DNA of 63,249 nucleotides, filler included, from Platydemus manokwari (Eukaryota): NCBI GenBank assembly GCA_037951405.1. It is 5 parts of 5 records of this genome, joined end to end, with 100 filler letters (N's around TTAATTAATTAA, not from the genome) between each part and the next. Parts side by side here need not be neighbours in the genome. Positions count along the whole stretch, not along the records: positions 41,032 to 49,872 come from JBBMOY011340871.1; positions 49,973 to 63,249 come from JBBMOY011771395.1; 3 more parts are not named here. One strand, 5' to 3'. Shown piece by piece: positions 42,767 to 53,594 of this stretch (position 1 is its first letter; each line of letters starts with the position of its first letter). The notes under the pieces were generated by a model. It saw only the letters and a program-made list of their open reading frames with translations, ran no database searches and was not told where the DNA came from. The position numbers and the translations under genes were made by a program.

Positions 42767-43099
42767 TCAATAACGCTTGATTTCTGTATCGATACCACCA
42801 ACTAAATGAGCCTTTTTGAAATATTTCAAACATTTACAACATTCAGTTGATTTGAAATCCTTGCACAAACTTTTTATAGTTCCTTGGTTATATTGGTTTC
42901 CTTTTATAAAGTCGTGGAAACAGCGCTTAAATTCATCCCCTTCACTAGCCTTTGATGCATTGCAAGAACAATAGCAATTTGGAATCGTCATTATCATCCA
43001 CACAGTAATCAGATACCTACAAGTTAAATTATAATTAAAATTATAAATAATATTATAAAATTACAAGAAATTGCTCATTCTATTTTGATAATATTTCAT
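42767..43099 (-). CDS. Small secreted cysteine-rich protein, copy A (2 exons)
   Basis: Exon 1 43099-43065, GT-AG intron 43064-43017, exon 2 43016-42767: MKYYQNRMSNFLYLITVWMIMTIPNCYC-SCNASK...LCKDFKSTECCKCLKYFKK...KRY*. Hydrophobic signal-like N-terminus; a conserved paralogue lies opposite. Confidence 0.7.
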
Positions 43100-44110
43100 C
43101 AGTGGTATTCAACAGAGATTTTATAGAGATTTCAGAATCGACACTCAATGTGACCATATTTGATATGCCTGTTGACAAACTGTCCATGATTCTACTTCAG
43201 ACATGTTATTCAAATATGTTCTATAATTGACTTGTTCAGAAATATTACAAATTATAATTACATACATTAATAATATTATAATGATGTCATATTACAATGG
43301 ATTTTCAGACCTCTGCTATGGTCTCAGAATCGGATATTTCATAAATATTTTAATATATTTTTAAATACATGAAATTGTGTGATTCGTTATATTGCAATCT
43401 ATTCATGTTTCTCAATATTCCAAACAAGGCGCTGACATAATCGAAAAAAACCAAAACATTTAATTCTCTACAGCCACAGTTTTAATGTTATTTATAATCA
43501 AACTCTTGTAAGTGTTGCTTGTGTTGTACCTTTATTCAATGTTCTACTTTTCACGATTCTAATACATTTTATTAGCTAATCTTGATCTGGGTTTGTCAAT
43601 CCCTGTGTATTTGTCGTTATGTCGTCATGTATTCCATTAAATTACAAGATATCCTAAGTCGATACCTCCATTAAAATTTTCCACACTTTATACCGCCTTA
43701 GAATATTTTAATGTTTCGATGATAAATATTATTCAGTCATTATTACAATTGAATCCATTACCTGAGTAGTTTATTCATTTACAGACTCGTACATTTATTT
43801 TACTAAAATATCACTTATTGGTTCTACAGCGAGATTTCTGTTTGAGTACTTTCGTTGAATTTGAATATAAAGTCCTCTCATTGATTACTTTATTAAGGAT
43901 ATCTCGTAAACAATTCTAACATGATATTATAATAATATTATTAATGTATATAGTAATAATTTTTAATATTTCTGAACAAGTCAATCATAAAGCGCATATG
44001 AGTAACATGTCTGTAGTAGAATCGCAGACAATTTTCAATCAGGAATATCAAATATGGTCACATTGAGTGTCGATTCTAAAATCTCTATAAAAACCTGTTC
44101 AATACCTCTG

Positions 44111-44454
44111 ATGAAATATGATCAAAATAGAATGAGCAATTTCTTGTAATTTTATAATTTTATAATATTTTTTATAATTTTAATTATAATTTAACTTGTA
44201 TGTATCTGATTACTGTGTGGTTGATAATGACGATTCCAAATTGCCATTGTTCTTGCAATGCACCAACATCTAATGAAGAGTTGGAATTTAAGAATCTTTA
44301 CCGTGAACGAGCAAAAGGAAACCAATATAACCAACACCTTATAAAAAGATGGTGCATGGATTTTAAATCAATTAAGTGTTGTAAATGCTTGAAATATTTC
44401 CATAAGGCTTATTTAATTAATGATATCGAAACGGCAATCGATAGTTATTGTTGA
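44111..44454 (+). CDS. Small secreted cysteine-rich protein, copy B (acceptor AG changed to AT, giving an in-frame ATG at 44200)
   Basis: Paralogue of copy A: MYLITVWLIMTIPNCHC-SCNAP...WCMDFKSIKCCKCLKYFHK...SYC*. Confidence 0.62.
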
Positions 44455-44640
44455 TTTTGTTATTTAAAACAAATATTTACTAAACTCGTTTTATTATTAT
44501 TTTATTATTAATTGATTACTAAAACATCTCTCTACATCTCTCATTATTTTAAATTAAAAACACACACACATTCGTTTCGTTCAAAATCATCACCATTATT
44601 GAGCAATATTTCAAACATTTCTATTATTTTGTTTTAATCT

Positions 44641-45251
44641 TGTGATGATATCAAATTGAATTTATATTGAATTTAGTTGATATTAAATTTAATTTGATAT
44701 TAAATTTTATTTATTTTGTTTAAATAATTGTCTTTGAATAGAATTGAATGTCAAGTCTTTTCAGTTCGTTTTCGATGCGTTTTTTATAAAATAGTAGCGG
44801 CTTACATGGCGACCACGCATCTGGATTCGATTCTGAGAAGATTGATGACTGTAAATTCAAGAAAAGAAGTAGAAAGATGTGATACTATATAGAGTATATG
44901 TAAAGAATATAAAAAGATGTAGATTAGATATAAAGAAGATATAAAGAAGATATAAAGAAGATATAGAGAAGATATAGAGAAGATATAGAGAAGCCATAAA
45001 AGATAGAAGAATAAGAGAGCTTTACTGAGATGAATATTACGAGTATTCGATACAATGTCAATCAAGAATACAATTAATATCAAAGATTTTAAAAAGAGGG
45101 ATGTGAGGATATCAAATTGAATTTATATTGAATTTAGTTGATATTAAATCTAATTTGATATTAAATATTATTTATTTTGTTTAAATAATTGAATGTCAAG
45201 TCTTTTCAGTTCGTTTTCGATGCGTTTTTTATAAAATAGCAGCGGCTTACA
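44641..45251 (+). mobile_element. TRIM-like miniature LTR retrotransposon (~610 bp)
   Basis: Near-identical TG...CA LTRs at 44641-44806 and 45102-45251. PBS TGGCGACCACG directly follows the 5' LTR and PPT AAAAAGAGGGA directly precedes the 3' LTR. The core is non-coding with GAAGATATA(A/G)A tandem repeats. Confidence 0.85.
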
Positions 45252-45254
45252 CAT

Positions 45255-45580
45255 TTGATCTTAGATTATAATTTAATTCTCCACTCATTATTCGATTAAA
45301 ATTTTTAATGAATGCATAAAGAGATACGGCATTCTTTTCTAAATGCAAAAGTTTAATATCTTGAATATATTGTTCTTTCTTTGAAATATAGATTGGGAAT
45401 AATCTATAATCTTTTCGTAGGTTTCTTTTACCCTTAATAAACATTTATTTTAAAATTATTGTTTTTCTCAAATTTTTTTAATCTCATTAGTAGGTGTTGG
45501 AAATGTTATTCCATCTATATTTATTTTGTCAAAATGTTTTGTGAAATGACGTGGTCTGTTTGGGGGTCTTTTCCCATCAA
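45255..45580 (-). pseudogene. Maverick/Polinton protein-primed DNA polymerase B N-terminal fragment
   Basis: HFDKINIDGITFPTP...LFPIYISKKEQYIQDIKLLHL...YAFIKNFNRIM resembles the conserved GI.FP...YP.Y.S...I.LL...HY..IKNF.RL pattern at the N-terminus of Polinton PolB. Confidence 0.6.
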
Positions 45581-46345
45581 TTCATTTTAAATTTAAATTT
45601 TTTCCTTTTGATTTCCCTCACAATGCTGTTTTGTGTTTGATTTATCTTACTCTAGTTCTTTGGGGACTTCATTAGTAAATATTAATAACTATACCACTGG
45701 AATTTAAAGACTATCTAAAAAATTTTTAACTTACATAACGTTAAAAGCAACTGAATATCTTGATATTGAATATGAGTTCGCAGATTTGAAGACTAAATGC
45801 AATTCTATTGATAGATATTGATGATATATTGAAAATATATAAATATCGAATGTTTCGAAGATTCTTATAATTTTCAATTAAATATCGTTTCGATTAGCTA
45901 TCTTCTACTTTAAATAACAACATTGTTTCCATTTAATGAAATATATTAAGCATGCGAAATTATTAAAAACTTAACAGGATAAAATATTGACACATAATGC
46001 TCTATGTACTACATAATTAGATGATCGGAAATCTGAAGAGAATCGAGATGTTTAACAAGGGCAATAATAATAATAGCAAGATTCATTCAAGACTCATAAG
46101 AGAAATTGTTAAAAATTAAACAAAATGTTTGCCTAAAAATCTGAAATTTCGGATTAAAGAAAATTCACCTTTGCACGAATTAATATTCATGGCTCTTGAT
46201 TGATTTTTCCTTACGGTTCAAAAAGTTAATTTTGAAATTTCGATGGATAATGGGTTGATGATTCCTGAGTTACTTATTTAAAAAATCTGTTACTTGAGTG
46301 ATATTCTAGCTGGGCTCCAACAAAAAGCTAGCTCCCGTAAGCGTG

Positions 46346-46780
46346 TTACCTTTTATTCTTTCTTTCTCTTATGCTTTTTGCTTGTTTAAATTCACTTGTA
46401 AAAAGAAAATGAGCACCCACGGAATATCGATCTCTAAATTGACTCACAGATTTAAAAATCTTTTGTCTGATTTGGATTACTATTTCGCTTGTGCTAGATC
46501 TTTGTAAGGTGCATTCTTTTTCTAATTCTTTCTTAAATAAGTCATTATATTCTTTTACCAATTCCTTGATTTTTAATATTTTTTGCAAAATTTCCCTTGT
46601 GACATTTTTTATCTACTTTAACTTTGTCTTTCGCCTCATAATTTGCTTTTGGGTTTTCTCATTTATTTCAAATTTGGTCAGGTTTTCCTTTAGTTCCGGA
46701 ATTTTTTTTTCTACGCCTTTCATTTTTTCTTTCATATTTAAGATTTCAGTGTTTGTTTTTCCTGTCCTGCCTCCAGAATA
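46346..46780 (-). mobile_element. Gypsy pol (pre-RT) fragment
   Basis: KIKELVKEYNDLFKKELEKECT..EIVI resembles the protease-RT linker of Ty3/Gypsy pol. Confidence 0.4.
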
Positions 46781-47723
46781 ATAATAATAATAATAATTTC
46801 AGAATTTATCGATTGAAAAAAGAGCATTATTCATAGCATTTAATACCATCCAACTGCTAGATTAATTACTATCAACGGGAAGTATAAATACTCAATTAAC
46901 GAACTTAAAAGAAGAACAACAAACAAGAAAAGCAAGAAGAAGACTAATAATTTTGAAAATCTAATAGTGCAGCTTAATTCCAAATCTAAATCTAGTATTG
47001 TATTTGTCATTCAATCGTCTCTCAGAATCAAAAGTCCATCGTCCAATTCAGCTAGATTTCATCTAAAAACTAAACTCCTAAAATAAAGTAGGATATTATA
47101 GTAGTGGTTTCTACACCATTATATCTAATCATCAATAAAATTTGCGGAGACTCTTAGGGGCAAGATAATAAAGCATTATAGAAGACGATCTTAGAAACCA
47201 TATCTGACAAGCAAAGAAGAAGCTCTAACCATTTGAGTGATATTCTTCGAAAAGGTGTGTGATATTCAATATTCTCAAAAGACTAGATAGGAAGTTTCAA
47301 AAATACTTGATATAATATATCCAGAACTAAAATGACAAACACAAGTGGTGACAAAAAAATAATCAATATTATTCGAAAAGGCATCATTTCAAATAACAAT
47401 ATTAAAAAAAATTAGATCAAAATTAATCAATAAATTTTTCTGATTAAGTGAAACAAAGAAATTTTAATCGTATAATACGTCTTTCTAGTTTATTGATTTA
47501 ATATTATAAATTTATTAAAACCTATGCTTGCAAAAACACTGTTAATGTGTATTTTTTCAAAAAACCTATTTAGTTAGTCATGCCAAATAATTTGAGCTAC
47601 TACCTGAGTAACACTTAAATAACTCTTCATTCATACAACACTCAGACAATCAATTATTTGAATTTAAACAAAAGAAATAAAAATTTTCAAATCAATTTTT
47701 GACTAAAATAGCTGAAAACCAAA

Positions 47724-49872
47724 TCACAAATACATTTCAGGATTGAATTGGTGTTTAACAAATGGTAAAGAACTGTAAAACGTACTGTTAATCAGAATCT
47801 TTCCAGTTCTCATTTCACTTTCGACTTTATCATAATACCACTGTTCTAAACACTTCAAAGTAGCTGGTTGAAAATCTTCATGGAATTTATTGGTAAATAA
47901 ATGTGGAACACGAATCAATTTTCTCAAATCGCCTACTCCCCAAATACATATTTGTCGAACGACTTTACCACTTTCACATGGATAGTCTCCCCAATTTTTG
48001 TATCTTGTGAGAAAATTAATTCTCGTGTCATTTCCCGGTACGAAATCATCAGGAATGCCTATAAATGATCCCGGAATTCTCAATTGTGGATTATAATTAA
48101 GAGTGTTATAAAACTGTTCATCTGGAATCAATCGATCCTTTAAAGCGTCTAAAATTATTTTTGATTTTTTGGATTCAAAAATGTATTGAATGAATTTCCG
48201 GTTAGCGGCAATGTGTGTAGATCCTTTGATCCAATAAATCTGAAATATAAAATCAATAATTAAGTTATTCGTAAATTAAATAAAACAGCATAAAAATATT
48301 AAAACAAAATAACGAAATGGTTGAAAGAATTTAATAACTGGATCATATAGTAATATCAAAATGCTTTAATTATTATAATTATAATTATGCCTAATAGTAA
48401 TACGAATAATTATTTTAAAAGTAATGATTTAGTAATTTAATAATAATAATAATAATAATGAGCAATAAATAACATGAGCAATAAATTATCATATCAATAT
48501 TTTCATGATTTCTGATTAATGACTAATAAATATTATCGTTCAATGATTTGTATTTTTAATTTTTATGGTTTAAAAAATGCATACAAATTTATAATATTTT
48601 AAAAAATTAATAGAGTAATTAAAAAAATATGATTGACAAATTATTACAGTGGGGCAAAGGTAAATTGGAAAAATAATTACGCTATATTTGCCCACACATG
48701 TAGCAATTCTTGAGGATTGGTTCTTATGCTTACAATTGTCGTTCATTAGTTGTTCATCAACAAATGTATTCATCGATTTTTTATTGTTGTTCAGAGACAA
48801 ACTAGTATCGATTAAAATTCATCAATTATTTAAATTCATTACAAACATAAAATAAACCTTTGACCAATGACTAGCTAATTATCAAAATTATAACAGAAGA
48901 ATTGACAGAAAAATTTACCGTGTTTCACGCTTTAAACTATGAAAAATACAAAGCCCTCATATTACAAATCGCAACCACCACAAAACACTAAACAACACTA
49001 GATAGGAGATAGGAATTTTAGGAGTTTCAGGATCATGGGAACCACATAATGATAAGCTATTATGGTTAGATAATAAGCACATACATTTTGTATGATCACT
49101 CAATATTACCAAACTTTTAAGGGATACCCACCCTACATATAATGTTCACATAAATGACGATCGACTTTAATTAACTAACCCCTTGACAGAATAAGTTATT
49201 TATCATTCAAAAAATTCTTTCTATTTCTTACCTTAACTCATAAATTTTAAAAATTTTCACGACATTCAGTGTTAAATATATTTCCCGATCAATTTACTCA
49301 TGCCAACAGCAACAGCACTTAACATTCCTACAATACCTACTTTGTTTAATCAACCCTTGTCAAATCTTCTACATGTGCTTCACAATGCCTTCAATGTCAA
49401 AAATTCTATTTCCTACCACACTGAGACAACATTTCATTTTTTCTGGGAAGATTCATACTTTCACTGCTCCCGATGACAATAAGCAAAAACATTGGGAAGC
49501 TCTAATTAAGATGATATCAATTGGGAAGTACAAATAAATTTGCTGCTCCCGTATACCAATGGAACCTGAAACTACCAAGTCAAAAGTCTGGGAATATCAA
49601 ACAATAATAAGCATATTTATGATATATTTACATATTTAGTCATTTTATGGGGGAAATTATTAAATGAAACTTACTGGAAATGGAAGACTGATTGTCGGAG
49701 CTCTATCTTGATGATTGTGTTTGTATATTCCATCAATACCATTGGCTCCTTTATAAGCTCTCAAAATTTTTACTAATTCAGCATTCGTTTTCAATGGAAA
49801 TTCCTGTCCAGTAAGATTGATTAAATATTTCCAATCCTTGTACTTGTCATACAATTCTTTCATACAATTCAA
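47724..49872 (-). CDS. Beta-1,6-N-acetylglucosaminyltransferase (core-2/I-branching, GT14; GCNT family), 3' exons, 5' part lost in gap
   Basis: Exon 49872-49675 NCMKEL...WKYLINLTGQEFPLKTNAELVKIL; exon 48239-47724 IKGS...IPDEQFYNTLNYNPQL..PG...C.SGK.VRQICIWGVGDL..L...HLFTNKF...LKCLE. GT-AG junction is in frame. Confidence 0.92.
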
Positions 49873-49972
49873 NNNNNNNNNNNNNNNNNNNNNNNNNNNN
49901 NNNNNNNNNNNNNNNNTTAATTAATTAANNNNNNNNNNNNNNNNNNNNNNNNNNNNNNNNNNNNNNNNNNNN
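49873..49972. other. Assembly gap
   Basis: 100-bp N run with TTAATTAATTAA linker. Confidence 0.98.
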
Positions 49973-51080
49973 ATTATCCCAAGACATATTTTCATTAAAT
50001 TGATATTCTATCCATCTTTCTAATTTATCAATTGAACAACCTAAATATTGCACTGATATATAAGATTTATTACCCATTAAAGAATTTTGAATATTATTTG
50101 ATATACTTTTTCTAAATTTATATTGTGGATCAGTTTGGTATCTATTGTTCTGATATTCAACTATTTTTATGAAAACATAAATTTTATCAATACCATGTTT
50201 AATAGCTTCACAAACCTCCATGTGTTTTCTTTTTCTTACTACTTTCTGAAACACATGTGGTTGTAGTTGATAATAATTCAGCTCCTACACCACAATACAA
50301 AGTAATTATTGGTAAAAGACCTATTCCTGAAATAGTAGATAAAAGTATTGCTGAAACTGTTAGTATTCCAGAAACAACTAAAATTGAATATTTCAAAGTA
50401 CTATCTATTTTTGTCTATTTATTTTTTAATTTATTATAGTGGGATAGTAATTCTTCTAAAACTTCTTTCTCATTCATAAAATTTTCAATCTTAAGCTGAT
50501 TTATTTTTGATGTTAATCGATCGTTTTCATAATCTAAGTCACTTGGGGCTGATCCAGACCTAAATTCATCAAGTTTTGAATAGAATTTTGCATTCTCATT
50601 TTTATTTTCATTAGATGAATCATCGATAATTTTTTTAATTAAAATTTGATGAAAATTCGTTAAAGGTATCTCCATTCAAAACTTTGTGTATTCGAGATCT
50701 AAGTAATTTTCTAAAAATAACTTCTTAAGATCATCATAAGTGAAAGTCTTTAATAATTTATTAAAAATCAAAAGTTCCAAAAGAATATCTTTTGTGGGCT
50801 TATGTAGAAAAATATTACTAATAAATAAATTTATCTCAAACACGAAATCAGATTCTTGAATCATACATATTTGCAATTTTTTATGTTTTCTACGAAAATT
50901 TTTTTCTAAAGTAAAATCACCACCTACTCCAATGTTCGATTTTTTACTATTCCAATAACAATTCCAATCTGTTGGATGTAAATTATAATTATATTTTACA
51001 TATTTTTCATAATTTTTAGGAAGGTCGTCCTTAAAAATTATATTGTCAAAAATATAACAAGTGGAATAATTTTTTGTATT
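49973..51080 (-). mobile_element. Maverick/Polinton- or large-DNA-virus-like segment A (degenerate, intronless, tightly packed ORFs)
   Basis: HNH/endonuclease-VII-like RYQTDPQYKFRKSISNNIQNSL.GNKS...YLGCSIDKLERWIEYQFNENMSWDN. A hydrophobic-hairpin plus basic-tail ORF (SGILTVSAILLSTISGIGLLP...KKKK.H) resembles the membrane-active accessory protein of Mavericks/adintoviruses. Confidence 0.62.
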
Positions 51081-51090
51081 ACAAAAATCA

Positions 51091-51250
51091 ATGACGGTCA
51101 AGGAATTGAAATTGTAAATTGATGAAAAGGTTGGAATCAGGCCAAATAAACTTGACATTTCAAGAACAAATATCAGAAGATGAATGCACATTGGGTGAAT
51201 ACGGAATACGCGATAAATCTGTTATAAATGTGATAACGACAATGAGTGAA
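51091..51250 (+). pseudogene. Truncated ubiquitin-like domain pseudogene paralogous to the 56.3-58.0 kb gene
   Basis: MTVKELKL*IDEKVGIRPNK/LTFQEQISEDECTLGEYGIRDKSVINVIT; contains a stop and a frameshift, and is closest to UBL3 (TLGECGIRNKSVINVVT). Confidence 0.8.
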
Positions 51251-52684
51251 ATTGCCTTCGATTTGAGAAAAATTGTCAGAACAATTTATAATAAGCACTG
51301 ATAATCAACTGTTAATATTCAATAGTGTAATTACGCGATTACAATATTAATTATTAATGTGTCATCGATTTAATAGCTTAAAGATATTGATGGATTTTAT
51401 ATTTAATCAATAATTTTTATTTTGAAAATCACTTTCTTATTTATCGATTTTTTGTGATTTAGATGGCTCACAAATTGTAAGTAGCTACAAAATGACATCG
51501 CCAACAAATTAAAAATATCTCTTTTAATTATATTTGTGTGTAATGTGAATGCCATAAATCGCTATAAAATTGATAAGATAAATATAAAATAATAAGTGAT
51601 AACAGAATAATAAAGAAGCAATAATAAAATAGATTCATTTAATAAAAATCGAGGTACAATGTCGCACAGGACTTGTGAGCTATTTATGTGCATAACACAG
51701 AATAATAATAAAATATTACCAAATATTTAAACATCACGTATATTTATGGACTTTCAATTTGAATGCATTTCTCTTAAATGATCGAATGGCTCTTATAAAA
51801 TGAAAGAGATGACAACATTTTTAAAGATCTGCTATTAATATAAAATACACTCACGATTTGCGACGTTATCAAAGTCGAATAATTATTTAAATTAACAACA
51901 GCATTTAATGATTCACTCGTAAATAATATTTGATATCAAATTATTAATTTTTACATTTTCGTGAAATATATTCCTCACGTAATAAAGCGCTCAAACCTTT
52001 TCAATTATTGCTTTGATATCTTTTTCTATATTAATAAAATCATATGGAGATATTAGAATTACTTGATCAATTTATCACCATTCTATATTCAAATTGAAAT
52101 TAAATTCATTTTCCAAACACCTCAATGAAGATTCAAAGATTTTTTTTTAGAGATTTCAAATTAATTTCGGAATATTTTGAGTCAAAGGTGTTTTTATCAT
52201 TTCCTTTTGTCTGGTTAAAATTAAAATTGTACCATCTGTGCACACTATGAAATTCAAATCAGGCCACCCAATTGAAAAATAATATTACAAAATCATATCA
52301 AACTAACCATATAAAATAATTCCGAAACAATCATAAATCAAACAGTGTGATCTTATCAAATAAGGCATAATTATTAAAATAAAACTGTAAGAAACGAAAC
52401 GAAAACTATGTGCTTGTGGAGACATAACCATCTTTAGACCATTCAGCAAATTAGAGCTGACCCTCTTAAGAAACAAGTTTTATCAGAAAAAAAGCTTTAT
52501 TAAAATAGCTAAAATAATTAAAAATATCAATAATTCCTGTATTGTTATTTACCTTATTTAATCAATGCATTGTCTTAAAGCAAGTCTTGATTTTATATTT
52601 TAATAATTGAATTTTGTTGAACTTGTTGCCTAGTCAACTATTCTAGAATTTGTTGTTTTCTTGTTTATTTGAAGCTTTTTTCTG

Positions 52685-53594
52685 TCGTGAATCCTTTCAA
52701 TATACTTATCAATGAATTATATTTATATATATTACTAAATTTAAATTTTAAAAATCACTTTGTCATTTATCGATTTCTAATGATTGAGATGGCTCATAAA
52801 TTACAAGTACACTCATAAAATTAAGACGACAACAATTTCAAAACATCTTGTCTCTATTATATTTTATGTTATGTATTGTGTGCTATAAATTGCTAGAGAA
52901 TTGATGAGATAAATATAAAATAAGAGTGAAGCATGCCAAATGATGACAGAAAAATAAAGACGTAATAATCAATAGCAAAATGGATTCATTTTACAAATAT
53001 CGAAATGTTTAATATATGGCTATTATATTGCATATATCAGGAATTTAAAATTAAAACAAATAAATAGAATTATTTGTTGTATTTACAAACTGTTATGAAA
53101 AATATACTTTCAATTAAATACAGATTTAAGAACTTGATGAACAGTCTCTATATATACTGAATTATCAATTGTATCTTACGTATAGCGGAGTTGCTAAATG
53201 TATAACTCGTTCGGTTTATAATAATAATATAATATTATATTATGTACTCATCATTTTAGTCACATTTCTTGCCACTTTGACATGTGTTTTAGTAATTATC
53301 TGACATTTATGTAGATTTACAAAAATCGATGAAAATTGTTCTCTTTTATTGGTCATATTCAATTTAGATAGTACGGTTCTTGGTATAAGATAAAGATTTG
53401 AGACATAAACAAAAAAAATGACAAAAGTTTCAAAATAAATCATTTAACGTAAAATTATTTACACAAAACCATGCTAGAATTCCTTATCGACGTTCACTCG
53501 TTTGTGGAATTCCCACCAACTCGATGAACCTATTATTGCTTCTTAGGAATTGTCGGCTCCGCTTTGATTTTCTGTCTTCTAGCTTCGACCGACT
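52685..53594 (+). repeat. Segmental duplicate of 58045-58860 (3' flank of the multi-UBL gene)
   Basis: Collinear and highly similar, from tcgtgaatcc to agcttcgaccgac; a more diverged third copy lies at ~51420-51650. Confidence 0.9.

Larger units (their letters stand above)
42565..44639. repeat. Inverted duplication: arms ~42565-43297 and ~43913-44639, spacer ~615 bp
   Basis: The arms are reverse complements across 5' flank, exon 1, intron, exon 2 and 3' flank, including the (TG)n/(CA)n tract. Confidence 0.92.

Noticed and set aside
42764-42772. TGA aligned with a Cys codon of the paralogue (possible selenocysteine)
   Set aside because: A single TGT>TGA change explains it; no SECIS-like hairpin is recognisable in the AT-rich 3' flank and the Cys count stays even without it.
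50676-51191. 171-aa ORF as a real gene
   Set aside because: Chimeric: the N-terminus is the antisense of the UBL pseudogene, fused at a breakpoint to a virus-like ORF whose other copy starts at 54276.
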